Virus genome (UHGV): UHGV-0071249
DNA: 34,343 nt
Reading direction: 5' to 3' (one strand)
Origin: a virus
This document shows, piece after piece, positions 22,385 to 33,285 of this stretch. Numbering within the stretch: the stretch's first letter is position 1; each line of letters opens with the position of its first letter. The notes under the pieces were generated by a model that worked only from the letters and a program-made list of their open reading frames with translations, searched no databases and was not told where the DNA came from. The position numbers and the translations under genes were made by a program.

Positions 22385-24833
22385 AAAACAATCAATGATT
22401 TTTGAAATCACAGGTAATGAATCTGGCTTGAAGCAATCATTGAAAAATGCGGGTAATAGTTTATCCGAATTCAATAATAAAGCTGGTGGTGCATTTGGTA
22501 ACGTAGATGAGTTACTAACATCTACTGGTGCAGCTTTCGGTACTTTTGCAGGTGGTGTAGGTATTGCGGCAACCGCAGCAATGGTAGCTATCAGTAAGAT
22601 GCAAGTACAAGCAGAAAAGGCATTTGAAGTATTCCAATCTGCGAGCCTTGCACAAACTGGTATAGAGAACTTACAGAAGCAAGCTAATATGTTTGCCGAA
22701 GTAGGTTTAACTATGGATAACGTAGCAGACCAAATTAAGGATAGTAAGGATAAGTTGGGCGATGCCTTAACTAACCAAGCTGGTTCTATGTATACTGATG
22801 TTATTCAGCCTCTTAAGTTGAATATCATAGAACTACAGAAAGCCGCTGATGGTGGTGAAGATATTATTGCAAAGATTTACTATCAAGCTAAACAAATGGG
22901 CTTTAGTCAATCCCAGATCATTAACATGTTAGAAACTGTAGCAAACGATGCAGATAAACGTATGACTATCTACCAACGTTTCAACAGTGAACAGGAATAT
23001 CAAAATCAACTAGCAAGTGAAAGCGTACAACTAACTGGTGAACAGTCTAGCCAGTTCCAAGCATACCGCAAATCTACACAAGAACTAAGTAAGGCGTGGG
23101 AGGCTTGGAATAATTCTGCTTTAGCACCAGTAGCGGCTAACCTTGCAGATATTCTAAACCTAATGACCAAGATCCTTAATAGTAAGCCAGTAGCAGCCGC
23201 AGCAGCAGCTACAAGCCGTGAAGGTATCGCAGCAGTACAGGAATACCAGAAAGGTTATCAGCAAGATATTCTTAAGAACTCTTCTATCTATGGTGCTCAA
23301 TTAGTTGAAGAACAGCAAAAGGACGCGGCACGTAACCAGAAAACTTTTGATAATATGTTAGCAAATCTTGATAAGGCTAATAACCTTATTCAGAAACAAC
23401 GTGAAGAGTACAATAAAGGATTCGAAAAAAGTACTATCAATGCTGCAATGAAGCCTTTCCAAACTGCTAAACAAGAAACACAATCTAAAATTGATGCTCT
23501 TGATAAACAGTATAAAGATACTCGTGCGGCAATCCAGCAATCATTACTAAAAGGATATCAAGGTAATCAAGATGCATTGAATAAAGACTTAGCTACACTT
23601 GATGCTGGTTATAAAGAAACACGTGCAGACCTCGTTAAGAAACTAACTGAAAGTGCAGATAAAGCCGCAGCCTCAGCAGCTACAAAAGCCGCAGCAGCAG
23701 CTAAGAAAGCCGAAGCCGAAGAAAAGCAACGTCTTGCCAAACAAGTACAAGCTCAGAAAGTACTAGATCAGACTATGGCAGCAATGGGTGCTAATGCCGC
23801 TCAGGTGAAGTTACAACAATTCAATCTTCAACAAAATGAAATTGAAAAACGTATTAAGGAATCAGCAGCACTAACTAAAAAGAGTGAAGATGAAACTAAT
23901 GCAATGTTGAATACTCACTATGCAGACCGTGCACGTAATTACAAAGAGATGGTTGATCAGATGTTGGCAGAGAATGACCGTTTGAAACAAGCTCAGAACA
24001 TCGCAGCCATCGCAAATGATCCAAATGCCACACCAGAACAAAAGGCAGCAGCCGCAGCCGCTGGTAACAAGTGGGCTACTAATACTGCTACTCAGGGATT
24101 AGGTTATCAAGACCCATTCAATACACAGGCAGACCCAACTAAGTTAGCCGCTATTGGTACAGAACAGCAGAACAACAAGGACGGGGCAAAGGCTCTTTAT
24201 GATGCAAAAGTAATTGGTTTCCAAGAATATCAAGATCAGCTTACAGCTATTCAGACTAATGCAGATATTAAACGTGCTCGTGCTACTGCTGATGCATTAA
24301 ACGGTACTATTGGCCTTTGGGGTAATGCCGCTGGTGATATTGGTACTACTCTAGCTGGTGCTTTTGGTCAGGGCAATGACGCCGCGAAAGCGTTTTTTGC
24401 AGTACAGAAAGGTATTGCTATTGCTCAGTCAATTATCAATATCCAACAGGGTATTAGTGAGGCAACCAAATTAGGCTGGCCTGCTGGTATTGCCGCTGGA
24501 TTAAAGGTAGCAGCAGAGGGTGCAAAAATTATCAGTACTATCAAAGGTACTAATATTCAAGGTCAAGCCCATGATGGTTGGGATTCATTACCAAGTACTG
24601 GTACATATAATCTTGAAAAGGGTGAACGTGTTGTAGGTAAATCACTAAACCAAGATCTTACTAACTATCTAAAAGATGGTGGTAATAAATTATCTGGTGA
24701 AATCAAGATTGAAGCACCATTAGTAATTCAATCAAATGGTGATATTACTGATAAGGACTTCACTGAAATGTGTAAAAAACATGCTGATGTTCTAGTACAG
24801 GCAGTACGCCAATCACAACAACGCAACGTCTAA
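22374..24833 (+). CDS. Tape measure protein
   Basis: 819 aa, Ala/Gln/Lys-rich coiled-coil with hydrophobic glycine-rich segments; directly downstream of the chaperone pair. Confidence 0.85.
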   Translation: MANKKQSMIFEITGNESGLKQSLKNAGNSLSEFNNKAGGAFGNVDELLTSTGAAFGTFAGGVGIAATAAMVAISKMQVQAEKAFEVFQSASLAQTGIENLQKQANMFAEVGLTMDNVADQIKDSKDKLGDALTNQAGSMYTDVIQPLKLNIIELQKAADGGEDIIAKIYYQAKQMGFSQSQIINMLETVANDADKRMTIYQRFNSEQEYQNQLASESVQLTGEQSSQFQAYRKSTQELSKAWEAWNNSALAPVAANLADILNLMTKILNSKPVAAAAAATSREGIAAVQEYQKGYQQDILKNSSIYGAQLVEEQQKDAARNQKTFDNMLANLDKANNLIQKQREEYNKGFEKSTINAAMKPFQTAKQETQSKIDALDKQYKDTRAAIQQSLLKGYQGNQDALNKDLATLDAGYKETRADLVKKLTESADKAAASAATKAAAAAKKAEAEEKQRLAKQVQAQKVLDQTMAAMGANAAQVKLQQFNLQQNEIEKRIKESAALTKKSEDETNAMLNTHYADRARNYKEMVDQMLAENDRLKQAQNIAAIANDPNATPEQKAAAAAAGNKWATNTATQGLGYQDPFNTQADPTKLAAIGTEQQNNKDGAKALYDAKVIGFQEYQDQLTAIQTNADIKRARATADALNGTIGLWGNAAGDIGTTLAGAFGQGNDAAKAFFAVQKGIAIAQSIINIQQGISEATKLGWPAGIAAGLKVAAEGAKIISTIKGTNIQGQAHDGWDSLPSTGTYNLEKGERVVGKSLNQDLTNYLKDGGNKLSGEIKIEAPLVIQSNGDITDKDFTEMCKKHADVLVQAVRQSQQRNV

Positions 24834-24844
24834 TAAATACCATA

Positions 24845-24866
24845 AAGCCCACGATCATGTGGGCTT
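24845..24866 (+). terminator. Hairpin (AAGCCCAC-GATCAT-GTGGGCTT) after the tape measure gene
   Basis: 8-bp perfect stem followed by ATTT; overlaps the GTG used by the ORF track for the next gene, which supports the ATG at 24886 as the real start. Confidence 0.4.
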
Positions 24867-24885
24867 ATTTGAAAGGATTAGAATA

Positions 24886-25440
24886 ATGTTAAATAACGCA
24901 ACAATAAGTGACTTTGTACTAAGTGATAATGTACCACTATTTCAACAAAAAACATGGACGGGTGAACAAATTACACGCGTAGTAGGTACTGAATACTTTA
25001 GTATCTCTTTTAAAGTCACGATGAACAAACAATATAGAGCAGAACTATCAAACTTTTACGCACAGTACGCACAAGGTAAACCATTTGATATGTCTCTTGG
25101 TTGGTGGGGTAAGTATACGGGTAATCAAACTGCTAACGTACAGGCAACCGCAGCACGTGCAGCAGGGGCTACATCTATTGCCGTAAACTCAAATAGACTT
25201 GAAGTCGGTTCACTAATTCAGTTCAACGGACATAAGAAGCTATACCGTATTATTGCAAATAGCGGTACTACTATGACTATTTTCCCCGGACTAATTAAGA
25301 ATATCCAATTAGGTGAAGTAATCAAATACGATAACCTTTCTGGTTCTTTCGTACTAACTACACAAAATTCACAGTTTTCATTCCCAAGTAATAACCTAAT
25401 CGGAGTAACAATTCAGGCAACAGAAAATATCAGAGGTTAA
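24886..25440 (+). CDS. Minor tail protein (distal tail / gpM-position)
   Basis: 184 aa from ATG 24886 (AAAGGA ribosome-binding site); first gene after tape measure. Confidence 0.5.
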   Translation: MLNNATISDFVLSDNVPLFQQKTWTGEQITRVVGTEYFSISFKVTMNKQYRAELSNFYAQYAQGKPFDMSLGWWGKYTGNQTANVQATAARAAGATSIAVNSNRLEVGSLIQFNGHKKLYRIIANSGTTMTIFPGLIKNIQLGEVIKYDNLSGSFVLTTQNSQFSFPSNNLIGVTIQATENIRG

Positions 25441-25441
25441 T

Positions 25442-26086
25442 ATGGCTATTCCAAATAATGTATTAAACAATGCTGTACTGGTTAACTACTGGAATCTAGT
25501 ACGCGGCGATAACAAAACAGTACTCACAGAGAAAGAACTCTATCAGTGTGGTGTAATGGTTAAAATGGTTGATTTGATTCCCCCTACTGGTTCTGCCTTA
25601 TATCTTGTAGATGGACTAGCAGAAAAAACAGTAGGTGGTATTACCTATCAACCAGTACCGGATTTTATTGATTCAAGTTTTGCTAACTATGTAGAAAAGA
25701 ATCAGGTAAACAATAACGGTACTACATTTAAAGTCAGTAACGTAAACCAAGAATATATTTCTATGGCCTTACGTGGACTATGGAAAGATGCAAAAGTGAA
25801 TATCTGGATGGGTATCGTTAGTCCTGATGATGGTTCTATACTTTATCGCTATCGTATCTTTAGTGGTTATATTGATTACTTTTCCTCAGACTTTAACAAT
25901 GAGGATGGAAACACTGAAAGTACTACAACCGTAAACTTAAACAGTCTATGGAAAAAGTTAGACCAAACACAACGCCTACTATCCAGTACATCTATTCACC
26001 AATCCACACATAAGGGTGATAAGTTCTTTGACCTAATTGGCATCATAAATAGTTCAGAACAATTCTGGAAAGCGAGTAAGAGATAA
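25442..26086 (+). CDS. Minor tail protein (gpL-like by position)
   Basis: 214 aa; segment GITYQPVPDF loosely resembles the lambda gpL QYQPYPIQ region as I recall it. Confidence 0.5.
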   Translation: MAIPNNVLNNAVLVNYWNLVRGDNKTVLTEKELYQCGVMVKMVDLIPPTGSALYLVDGLAEKTVGGITYQPVPDFIDSSFANYVEKNQVNNNGTTFKVSNVNQEYISMALRGLWKDAKVNIWMGIVSPDDGSILYRYRIFSGYIDYFSSDFNNEDGNTESTTTVNLNSLWKKLDQTQRLLSSTSIHQSTHKGDKFFDLIGIINSSEQFWKASKR

Positions 26087-26087
26087 A

Positions 26088-26483
26088 ATGAATAAAGGTT
26101 TAATTACCGAGTACCTAAGCACATACGCAAATAAACCTATCGAATATGGCACAGTGGATTGCCATATAATGGCATTATCCGTAATTGATATGATTAAGGG
26201 TACTCAATATAAAGATGAGATTTACCAGAAATATAAATCGGCATCAGGTGGACGCAAGTACGCCAAAGATAACTGTACATATCCAACACTAAAGAAACTA
26301 TGTGAAGAATTGGGTGAATTAGTAGAGACACCACGTGATGGTGATATTCTTCTGGCTAATAATCAATGTACTGTATTCTGGAGAGATAAAGTAATAGTAC
26401 TGAATAATGAAAAGGTATTCAAAGTTCAACGCTATTCCCAAGAAGATAATAACTATAAGATTTACCGATTCACGGAGGAATAA
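26088..26483 (+). CDS. Minor tail / tail assembly protein (gpK-position)
   Basis: 131 aa immediately upstream of the J-like gene; contains YGTVDCHIMALSV. Confidence 0.45.
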   Translation: MNKGLITEYLSTYANKPIEYGTVDCHIMALSVIDMIKGTQYKDEIYQKYKSASGGRKYAKDNCTYPTLKKLCEELGELVETPRDGDILLANNQCTVFWRDKVIVLNNEKVFKVQRYSQEDNNYKIYRFTEE

Positions 26484-26486
26484 AAC

Positions 26487-29400
26487 ATGGCAGTAGCAGC
26501 ATTAGCAGCAGCAGTAATTGCAGGTGCATCGGCGGCAGCCGCAAGTGTAGCGGCAGTAGGTTTAGTTGCAGCAATCGCAATTGGTGCAGCAGTAACAGCA
26601 CTATCCTATATTACATCTAGTCAAATGATGAATGTAGGCCAACAGGGGGTAAACTATCCAAGTACTGGTACAAGTAATGCCAGAAGTACATCACCTAGTA
26701 CTGGTATTCCTATTGTATACGGTGGCTCTAACAAGAATAAAGATGAAGTTGCTTTTGTAAAAGTAGGTTCTATTGTAGTTTGGCAAAACGTATTCAAAGG
26801 TGAATCTAACCAGTTATGTACTGTACATTGTCTAAGTATTGGTGAGATTGGGCAAGTACCAGGAGAAACAAAAGCAGGTGTGATCCAACAGCTATTTTTC
26901 GACAACGTACCAGTACTACGTGATGATGTATATATTACTCAGGAAGGTATTATCCCTAAATCAATGATGATTGAGAAGTTCAGAAACTTCCTTGATATCG
27001 AAGTACGCTTCGGAAAACCTTCATATGGTGGTTCAATGACGTTAGCCCGTCAATATTGCGGTAGTAAATGGACTGATGATATGCGTGGTGATGGTCTAGT
27101 ACAGGTCTGTACTGTCATTAGGAAAACTAACGGTAGCCTTACTGATGGTATTCTAACTAATATGAACTACGTACTATCAGCAGAGATTAGAGGCAGAAAG
27201 ATTTATGATCTAACTGATAACGTACTAAAACCTTCAAGTAATCCACCAAGCCAGCTTTATGACTTCATGACAAATACAGAATTTGGTTTTGGTACAGATC
27301 CAAATGATATTGATATTTCCTCATTCCGTAATATTGCACAGTACTGTAAAGATAACCATTATTATTCAAATGGTAGTATTGCATATGATAAAAGTTATAA
27401 AGAGAACATGGAAGCAATTCTACAAACTTTTGGTGGTGTTCTATATGAATCAAATGGTGTTCAGTACTTAAGTGTTGATACGGCAGATTTACCAGTTGAA
27501 CACTTTGATGAAAGTAATATTATTGGTTCGGTTAATATCACTACTGGTTCCAATACGGATTACTTCAATTGCATGGACTCAACTTATACGAACCCAAATG
27601 GGGATTATGCAGAAGATATTATCCGTTATCCAAGTAATGCATTAACTAATGAAACAATTATTCGTGATGGTTATATTATCAAGAAAGATTTAAACTGTAA
27701 GTGGATTCAGGATAAAGACCAATTAGCCAAACGTAGTAATATCGAACTATTAAAAGCTAAGTATGTACTTGCAGGTATTACATTTAATACATTCGTAACT
27801 GATATTACAGTAAATGATGTATTCACGATCAGCTTTAAAGAAGCAGGTTTTGAAAATGTTAAGTTCCGTGTAGTTTCCCGTACTGTACCAATGACAGTAG
27901 ATAAAGCAGGGATAGTACAGATCACAGGTATACAGTACTCCGACGGTATCTATTCGGGCGTTGACCCAGGACAGTTCCCACAGAATGGTATTACTAACTT
28001 ACCTAACCCTTCTCGTGTAGAGCCACCAAGCAACTTACAGGTACAACGCCTTGGTACAACCGTAAATGGCAGTACTGTATTAATGACTTGGGATCTTAGT
28101 CAAGATACTGGTGTTCGTGGTTATAAACTACGTTATAAGAGAAGTGATTCCAGTACTTGGATTAATATTGGTAACGTTGGACAGTACAGTACTAGTTTTG
28201 AAATCTTGAACTTGATTCAGGGTGTAAACTATGACTTTGGGATTGAAAGCTACAATACCTTGGGTTATTCATCCGAACTAGTAGCAATTTATAACCAGAT
28301 GCCACAAATCATTTTTGCATTACCAAAGGTAACTGGTCTTACATTGGTGAATAGTGATGCTGGATTTAACCAGACGTATTCTGAGGCATTCATATTTGAT
28401 TGGGATGATCAGAGTAACGTACCAGTAAATGGAAAACGTTTTACTGACTTCTTCAAATATTATGAAATTCGTGTTTACGATAGATATCGTAATTACATTA
28501 AATCGTACTACACACAGGATAGTGCATGGTCTTATACGTTCGCAATGAACCAATCAGACGGTCTAAGCCGTCACCGTGTTATTGGTATTATTGCACATGG
28601 GTATGGTCAGGGCATCTACTCAGAAGAGGTACAGATTGAAGTTAGTAACCCACAGCACCCACAATTGCTAGGTGTTAAATTACGTAATGGTTATGATCAG
28701 GTTTTCTTTGAATGGACTGAAAGTAATATCCCAGATTATGCGGGGGTAGTATTCCAAGCCGCAAAAGATGAGGCTTTTAGTTCGGGTGTGGTCTACTTTA
28801 GTAGTTCTAATCGTTATACGGCATCATTCCCGATTGAAGATGGTTCTTGGTTCGGTCGATTGGCTGCATATGATGTAATGGGGCAAGATGAATTAGTATG
28901 GTCGCCTACAATTGGTTTTAACCAAAATACTAAGGTTCCATATTCTAAGTTGAATGACGATGTAATTGATGGATTATTAAACAGTGAAACAGCTACGGGT
29001 ATTGTTGAGAAACAGATCGTAGATGAATTAGGTTCACGCTGGCAGGTTCAGGTATCAAATAATGGTAACGTTACTGGTATTGCCCTAGCAGCAGATGAAA
29101 AATCATCAGTGTTTACCGTAATGGCAGATCGTTTTAGTATTATTAGTACTGACTCAGCTAAACAAAGTGATAAGGTATATCCGTTTGTAGTTCAGGGGGG
29201 TAAAACTTATATTAACTCAGCAGTCATTGCCACGGCTAGTATTAAAGAAGCAATGATAAATGACCTTTCCGTATCGCGAGCTAAGATACAATCAGCCGCA
29301 ATAGATAATACTAAGATCGCCAATGCCGCTATCCGTAATGTTCACATAATGGACGGCGTTATAGACTCTGCGAAGATCTCCCAGCAGATACAGTCTACTA

Positions 29401-30017
29401 ATTGGGATGGTACTAATGGTTGGGCTATCAATAAGAATGGCAATGCATGGTTTGGTAACGTATCTATACGCGGTAATATTCAGGCAACGTCTGGAGTTCT
29501 AAATAATGTTACAATCAATGAAAACTGTGATATCAAAGGTACTCTAAGTGCAGCACGTATCGTAGGTGATATTTGTCGTCCTCAATCAACGGGAATAACC
29601 GAGAATCTTTTCATATTTGGTTCACGTACTGTTTCAGGTGGTCTTACTGCATTAGATCCAGTACCAAACCAACACTATGTAGCCTTACGTATTCGTGGTG
29701 AAGATTTTGATCGTATTCTTGATAGTAATATGACAATCTGGCTAAGGGCATTACAACGTCAGTTCTTCTATATTCGTATGGGTGGTGATGGTATTCCAAT
29801 GACTAACTTGGTATATGTTGATGCTGGTAATAATGGTCACAATACACCATATACATTCCCACTAAATGGAATTTATATCCCTGCCGTTGGTCGCGGTCGC
29901 TGGAACTATATCTATGTGATGTGTACTACTGACCGTAGCTGTACTGCTCAGCTTAATGTACCAGAACAACTATCTTCATTTGTATATCGTGCAGGTGATC
30001 AGCCTTTATATAATTAA
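26487..30017 (+). CDS. Central tail fibre / host specificity protein (lambda gpJ-like)
   Basis: 1176 aa; C-terminal SGVLNNVTINENCDIKGTLSAARIVGDI closely parallels lambda J SGTLSNVTIAENCTINGTLRAEKIVGDI; the Ala-rich hydrophobic N-terminal 45 aa resembles the C-terminal region of lambda gpI as I recall it. Confidence 0.85.
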   Translation: MAVAALAAAVIAGASAAAASVAAVGLVAAIAIGAAVTALSYITSSQMMNVGQQGVNYPSTGTSNARSTSPSTGIPIVYGGSNKNKDEVAFVKVGSIVVWQNVFKGESNQLCTVHCLSIGEIGQVPGETKAGVIQQLFFDNVPVLRDDVYITQEGIIPKSMMIEKFRNFLDIEVRFGKPSYGGSMTLARQYCGSKWTDDMRGDGLVQVCTVIRKTNGSLTDGILTNMNYVLSAEIRGRKIYDLTDNVLKPSSNPPSQLYDFMTNTEFGFGTDPNDIDISSFRNIAQYCKDNHYYSNGSIAYDKSYKENMEAILQTFGGVLYESNGVQYLSVDTADLPVEHFDESNIIGSVNITTGSNTDYFNCMDSTYTNPNGDYAEDIIRYPSNALTNETIIRDGYIIKKDLNCKWIQDKDQLAKRSNIELLKAKYVLAGITFNTFVTDITVNDVFTISFKEAGFENVKFRVVSRTVPMTVDKAGIVQITGIQYSDGIYSGVDPGQFPQNGITNLPNPSRVEPPSNLQVQRLGTTVNGSTVLMTWDLSQDTGVRGYKLRYKRSDSSTWINIGNVGQYSTSFEILNLIQGVNYDFGIESYNTLGYSSELVAIYNQMPQIIFALPKVTGLTLVNSDAGFNQTYSEAFIFDWDDQSNVPVNGKRFTDFFKYYEIRVYDRYRNYIKSYYTQDSAWSYTFAMNQSDGLSRHRVIGIIAHGYGQGIYSEEVQIEVSNPQHPQLLGVKLRNGYDQVFFEWTESNIPDYAGVVFQAAKDEAFSSGVVYFSSSNRYTASFPIEDGSWFGRLAAYDVMGQDELVWSPTIGFNQNTKVPYSKLNDDVIDGLLNSETATGIVEKQIVDELGSRWQVQVSNNGNVTGIALAADEKSSVFTVMADRFSIISTDSAKQSDKVYPFVVQGGKTYINSAVIATASIKEAMINDLSVSRAKIQSAAIDNTKIANAAIRNVHIMDGVIDSAKISQQIQSTNWDGTNGWAINKNGNAWFGNVSIRGNIQATSGVLNNVTINENCDIKGTLSAARIVGDICRPQSTGITENLFIFGSRTVSGGLTALDPVPNQHYVALRIRGEDFDRILDSNMTIWLRALQRQFFYIRMGGDGIPMTNLVYVDAGNNGHNTPYTFPLNGIYIPAVGRGRWNYIYVMCTTDRSCTAQLNVPEQLSSFVYRAGDQPLYN

Positions 30018-30091
30018 TAATATAAATAGATTGGGTAGTATTAATAACTTTAGTACTACCTACATTATATTTTAATTTAAAGGGACTGAAA

Positions 30092-30373
30092 ATGGGTTTT
30101 GATGTATTATTTTCATTACTATTTTCTGCGGGTGCACTTTTCTGGACTATATATCGTGATAAGTCAGAAGATACTAATGATTTAATTGATAGAGTTTCTA
30201 TTCTTGAATCAACTGTATCTGGTCATACTACGGATATTGCAAGAATAGAGTCAAACCATGATGATCTAGAAGGTACTACTAGAAAGATTCAAGACCAAAT
30301 ACACCAATTGGATTTGAAGATCGAACGTATTATTGTGATTCTGGAACAGCAGGAAAAAGAAAAGGGGCGATAA
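30092..30373 (+). CDS. Small membrane protein with one N-terminal TM helix and a coiled-coil tail (holin or spanin candidate)
   Basis: MGFDVLFSLLFSAGALFWTIY then charged helical region; AAAGGG ribosome-binding site; convergent with the lysozyme gene. Confidence 0.5.
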   Translation: MGFDVLFSLLFSAGALFWTIYRDKSEDTNDLIDRVSILESTVSGHTTDIARIESNHDDLEGTTRKIQDQIHQLDLKIERIIVILEQQEKEKGR

Positions 30374-30385
30374 TGCTCCTTTTTA

Positions 30386-30853
30386 TTACTTCCAGTTTAA
30401 TTGATTATTCATATCATCTACACGTGATTTTGTCTGCTTATACCATAGTGAATCTATAGATTCCCTACGCATACCAATGCGATCACCATTCTTTGCAGCC
30501 GCAAGTAATTTTTTGAATTTACTTGTACCCGCCAATCCCAATTGAAATATCATAATAATAAGATAATCTTCAATGTCTTTTGGAAGTGTACCTAGATTAA
30601 GTGTACGTAGTCCTGCTTTTGCCTTTTCGATATCATGAGCTAATAGTATATCTGCCTCAATTGGTGTAATCCCATTACTGAAATCTTCACCTTTCTGTAC
30701 TAGGTGTCCTGCCCCAACAGTGAGATAGCCCAAGCTATCTTTATATGGGTAATATTTCCCTTGTCGATAATAACCTTTATATGTTTGGTATAGTTGATCG
30801 CCTTCATATTTCCAAAGGCGTGTTTTAATGTCTGCCATTACTAAATACTCCAT
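30386..30853 (-). CDS. Endolysin, T4-type lysozyme (glycoside hydrolase family 24)
   Basis: Motifs YEGD...YKDSLGYLTVGAGHL, IMIFQLGLAGTSKFKKLLAAAKNGD and WYKQTKSRVDDM parallel the T4 lysozyme catalytic and C-terminal regions. Confidence 0.8.
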   Translation of the reverse strand: MEYLVMADIKTRLWKYEGDQLYQTYKGYYRQGKYYPYKDSLGYLTVGAGHLVQKGEDFSNGITPIEADILLAHDIEKAKAGLRTLNLGTLPKDIEDYLIIMIFQLGLAGTSKFKKLLAAAKNGDRIGMRRESIDSLWYKQTKSRVDDMNNQLNWK

Positions 30854-30855
30854 AA

Positions 30856-31308
<453 letters not shown>

Positions 31309-31905
31309 ATGGGATGGAAGAGAGGTAATAGCCCTAGTGATATGAAGAAATTCATAAATGATAATTCACCAAGGATTGGTGAACAGTTCAAGAAAGAACT
31401 TAGTGAACGTATGCGTACTGTAACAAGGCAAATTCAGCAAGAGATCAGTACTAAATCTGCTGGTGGCGTAGTAGCTTATACAAACCGTGCAATGAAGTTT
31501 AACTTCTATAAGCCAAATGGTTTTACAAGTATTAATCAGATTATAGTGATGCCAGATCAGGTAGACTACCTAAAGAACATTATTGATCCTAACTATGTTC
31601 GAAAACAAGAGTACAAAGTGATTCCATATCAAAATGCAAAACTAACCAAGCAGGGAAACATATCACAATTAAAGAACAAGGATAAATACAAACGAGTGAA
31701 AAGTAAGAACGGTAAAGAGTTTCTTATTGACACTTCCAAAAACTCTAGCAAACGCGATCCAGCAATGGCACGTAAGAAAAGGGTGGTTGGTTACTATGGA
31801 AGCGTAGGAAGAAAACCATTATTTGATTTCTACGATGAAACAGAACGAAAAGTAATAAAACAACTACGAACATTACGCGGTACGTTTAACTACCGCTGGA
31901 GATAA
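31309..31905 (+). CDS. Hypothetical basic protein (198 aa)
   Basis: GAGGA ribosome-binding site, start coupled to the preceding stop; no family recognised. Confidence 0.55.
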   Translation: MGWKRGNSPSDMKKFINDNSPRIGEQFKKELSERMRTVTRQIQQEISTKSAGGVVAYTNRAMKFNFYKPNGFTSINQIIVMPDQVDYLKNIIDPNYVRKQEYKVIPYQNAKLTKQGNISQLKNKDKYKRVKSKNGKEFLIDTSKNSSKRDPAMARKKRVVGYYGSVGRKPLFDFYDETERKVIKQLRTLRGTFNYRWR

Positions 31906-31907
31906 TA

Positions 31908-32228
31908 ATGAACTACTTAGAACAATTCCCATGTTATGACCATACAGTACTAGATAATTTCTCATTTCAAAGCATTAAACCAGTGAGTGTTACACTACCA
32001 TATGATAAAGCACTCTCAGGCAAGATGATTAAGAAACAAATGGACAAATCTAAAGGTGATTTAATTGCATTCAGTTTTGAATTGACTAAAACACCAAACG
32101 TAAATGATGGTGATGTACTAACTGTAGATCTCATTAATGGTAAGAGTACGGTTACAGTACTTACTTCTTTCCAGCAGGTATACAAAGGACACCGCGTAAT
32201 GTCGTATATATGCCAAAAGGAACTATAA
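31908..32228 (+). CDS. Hypothetical protein (106 aa)
   Basis: GGAG ribosome-binding site; no family recognised. Confidence 0.5.
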   Translation: MNYLEQFPCYDHTVLDNFSFQSIKPVSVTLPYDKALSGKMIKKQMDKSKGDLIAFSFELTKTPNVNDGDVLTVDLINGKSTVTVLTSFQQVYKGHRVMSYICQKEL

Positions 32229-32521
32229 TGTTTAGCATTATCGCAGAACTAATATCTAAAGGTTTTGATTTTTTCATCAAAAGGAAAACCTTAGAGAAGG
32301 AAGTACAAACTACTAATGCCGAAGGGCAGATTGAAGTAAACAAGGAAGAGATTGAAAAAGTATCATTCCATTGGCGTAATGCCCTTGGTTTCGTGATCAC
32401 CCTAATCATCCTCTATAACTGGATTATCGTACCAGTACTAGATGCGTTCGGTATCGTCGTGATCCAAGTACCACTAGGCCAACTTATGCAAGTCTTGCTT
32501 ATCATGGTTGGTGGTAGTTAA
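32228..32521 (+). CDS. Small membrane protein with two C-terminal TM helices (holin-like candidate)
   Basis: TAATG-coupled start at 32228 with AAAGGA ribosome-binding site; hydrophobic segments LGFVITLIILYNWIIVPVL and LMQVLLIMVGG; last gene before a strong terminator. Confidence 0.5.
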   Translation: MFSIIAELISKGFDFFIKRKTLEKEVQTTNAEGQIEVNKEEIEKVSFHWRNALGFVITLIILYNWIIVPVLDAFGIVVIQVPLGQLMQVLLIMVGGS

Positions 32522-32523
32522 CG

Positions 32524-32549
32524 GAAGCCCCATAACGGGGCTTTTTTTT
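32524..32549 (+). terminator. Rho-independent terminator (GAAGCCCC-ATAAC-GGGGCTT followed by T8)
   Basis: Classic GC-rich stem plus eight-T run, read directly; ends the plus-strand late/lysis operon. Confidence 0.75.
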
Positions 32550-32550
32550 C

Positions 32551-33258
32551 TTATTTGCTATCAATATTAGTTTGATTAGCTACTACAAATAGGCTTTTCC
32601 ATGAAGTCAACCATTCAAATGGGAGAATTTGAGTTAAAGCAAAATTACTCTTAAAGGAAATATTATGGAATTCCCAGTTTTTCTTACGTGCCATACCACT
32701 AACATCTTCGCAGATTTTTATCATGTCATGGCTAGTTACTGTGAAAACATTTAAATGTGCTATGCTTTTTTTTAACATGTCTTTTTTATCTGGATGAACA
32801 GACATATTCCAAACGCGAAGAATATCATAGTGAGACTTTAATTTTAACATGTGGTCTCTATAATCTGCGTGTAATTCCCAAGCCTTATTCAAAAGTTTTT
32901 CATAATTCAGATCGCCTGGGTTAATATTTTTGTTTTCATTGTAATAATATAACTGTGAAATGTTTAAATGTAACAGTTCCGCTTTCAATTTTGCTTCATG
33001 GAATAGTGTAATGTACTGGTTTGCTTGTTCAAAACCTTTCTCATTAATTTTATCAGCATACCAATCCTTCACTTTAAAGATTGTATATATTGCTGCTATA
33101 GCCATCACGGTATCCATGATGGCCGATGTGGTTGAGCTATCATAACCATGAAAAAAAAGTACATCAGCATAAATTGGGATTAATACTCCAACAGCAATAC
33201 ATATAATATGTGATAATGTAATACCATTGAGAAAATGTACTATTTTATTCTTCTTCAC
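32551..33258 (-). CDS. Two-TM membrane protein, paralogue B, at the right prophage junction
   Basis: Same architecture as 4252-4965, with a shared second-helix motif (TVMAIAAIYTIFKVKDWYADK versus AIMAGAALYAAVNAKNWLSEK); GTG start with GGAG ribosome-binding site lying inside the 3' end of the host gene. Confidence 0.65.
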   Translation of the reverse strand: MKKNKIVHFLNGITLSHIICIAVGVLIPIYADVLFFHGYDSSTTSAIMDTVMAIAAIYTIFKVKDWYADKINEKGFEQANQYITLFHEAKLKAELLHLNISQLYYYNENKNINPGDLNYEKLLNKAWELHADYRDHMLKLKSHYDILRVWNMSVHPDKKDMLKKSIAHLNVFTVTSHDMIKICEDVSGMARKKNWEFHNISFKSNFALTQILPFEWLTSWKSLFVVANQTNIDSK

Positions 33259-33285
33259 TTCGAATAAACTCCGACTATAGGTTAA

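Noticed and set aside
22153-22474. Minus-strand ORFs (80 and 76 aa) across the chaperone / tape measure junction
   Set aside because: Antisense to the conserved chaperone and tape measure genes; Cys/Phe/Leu-rich low-complexity translations.
26654-28553. Several short ORFs on either strand nested in the J-like gene
   Set aside because: Nested within a long, well-supported structural gene; no support.
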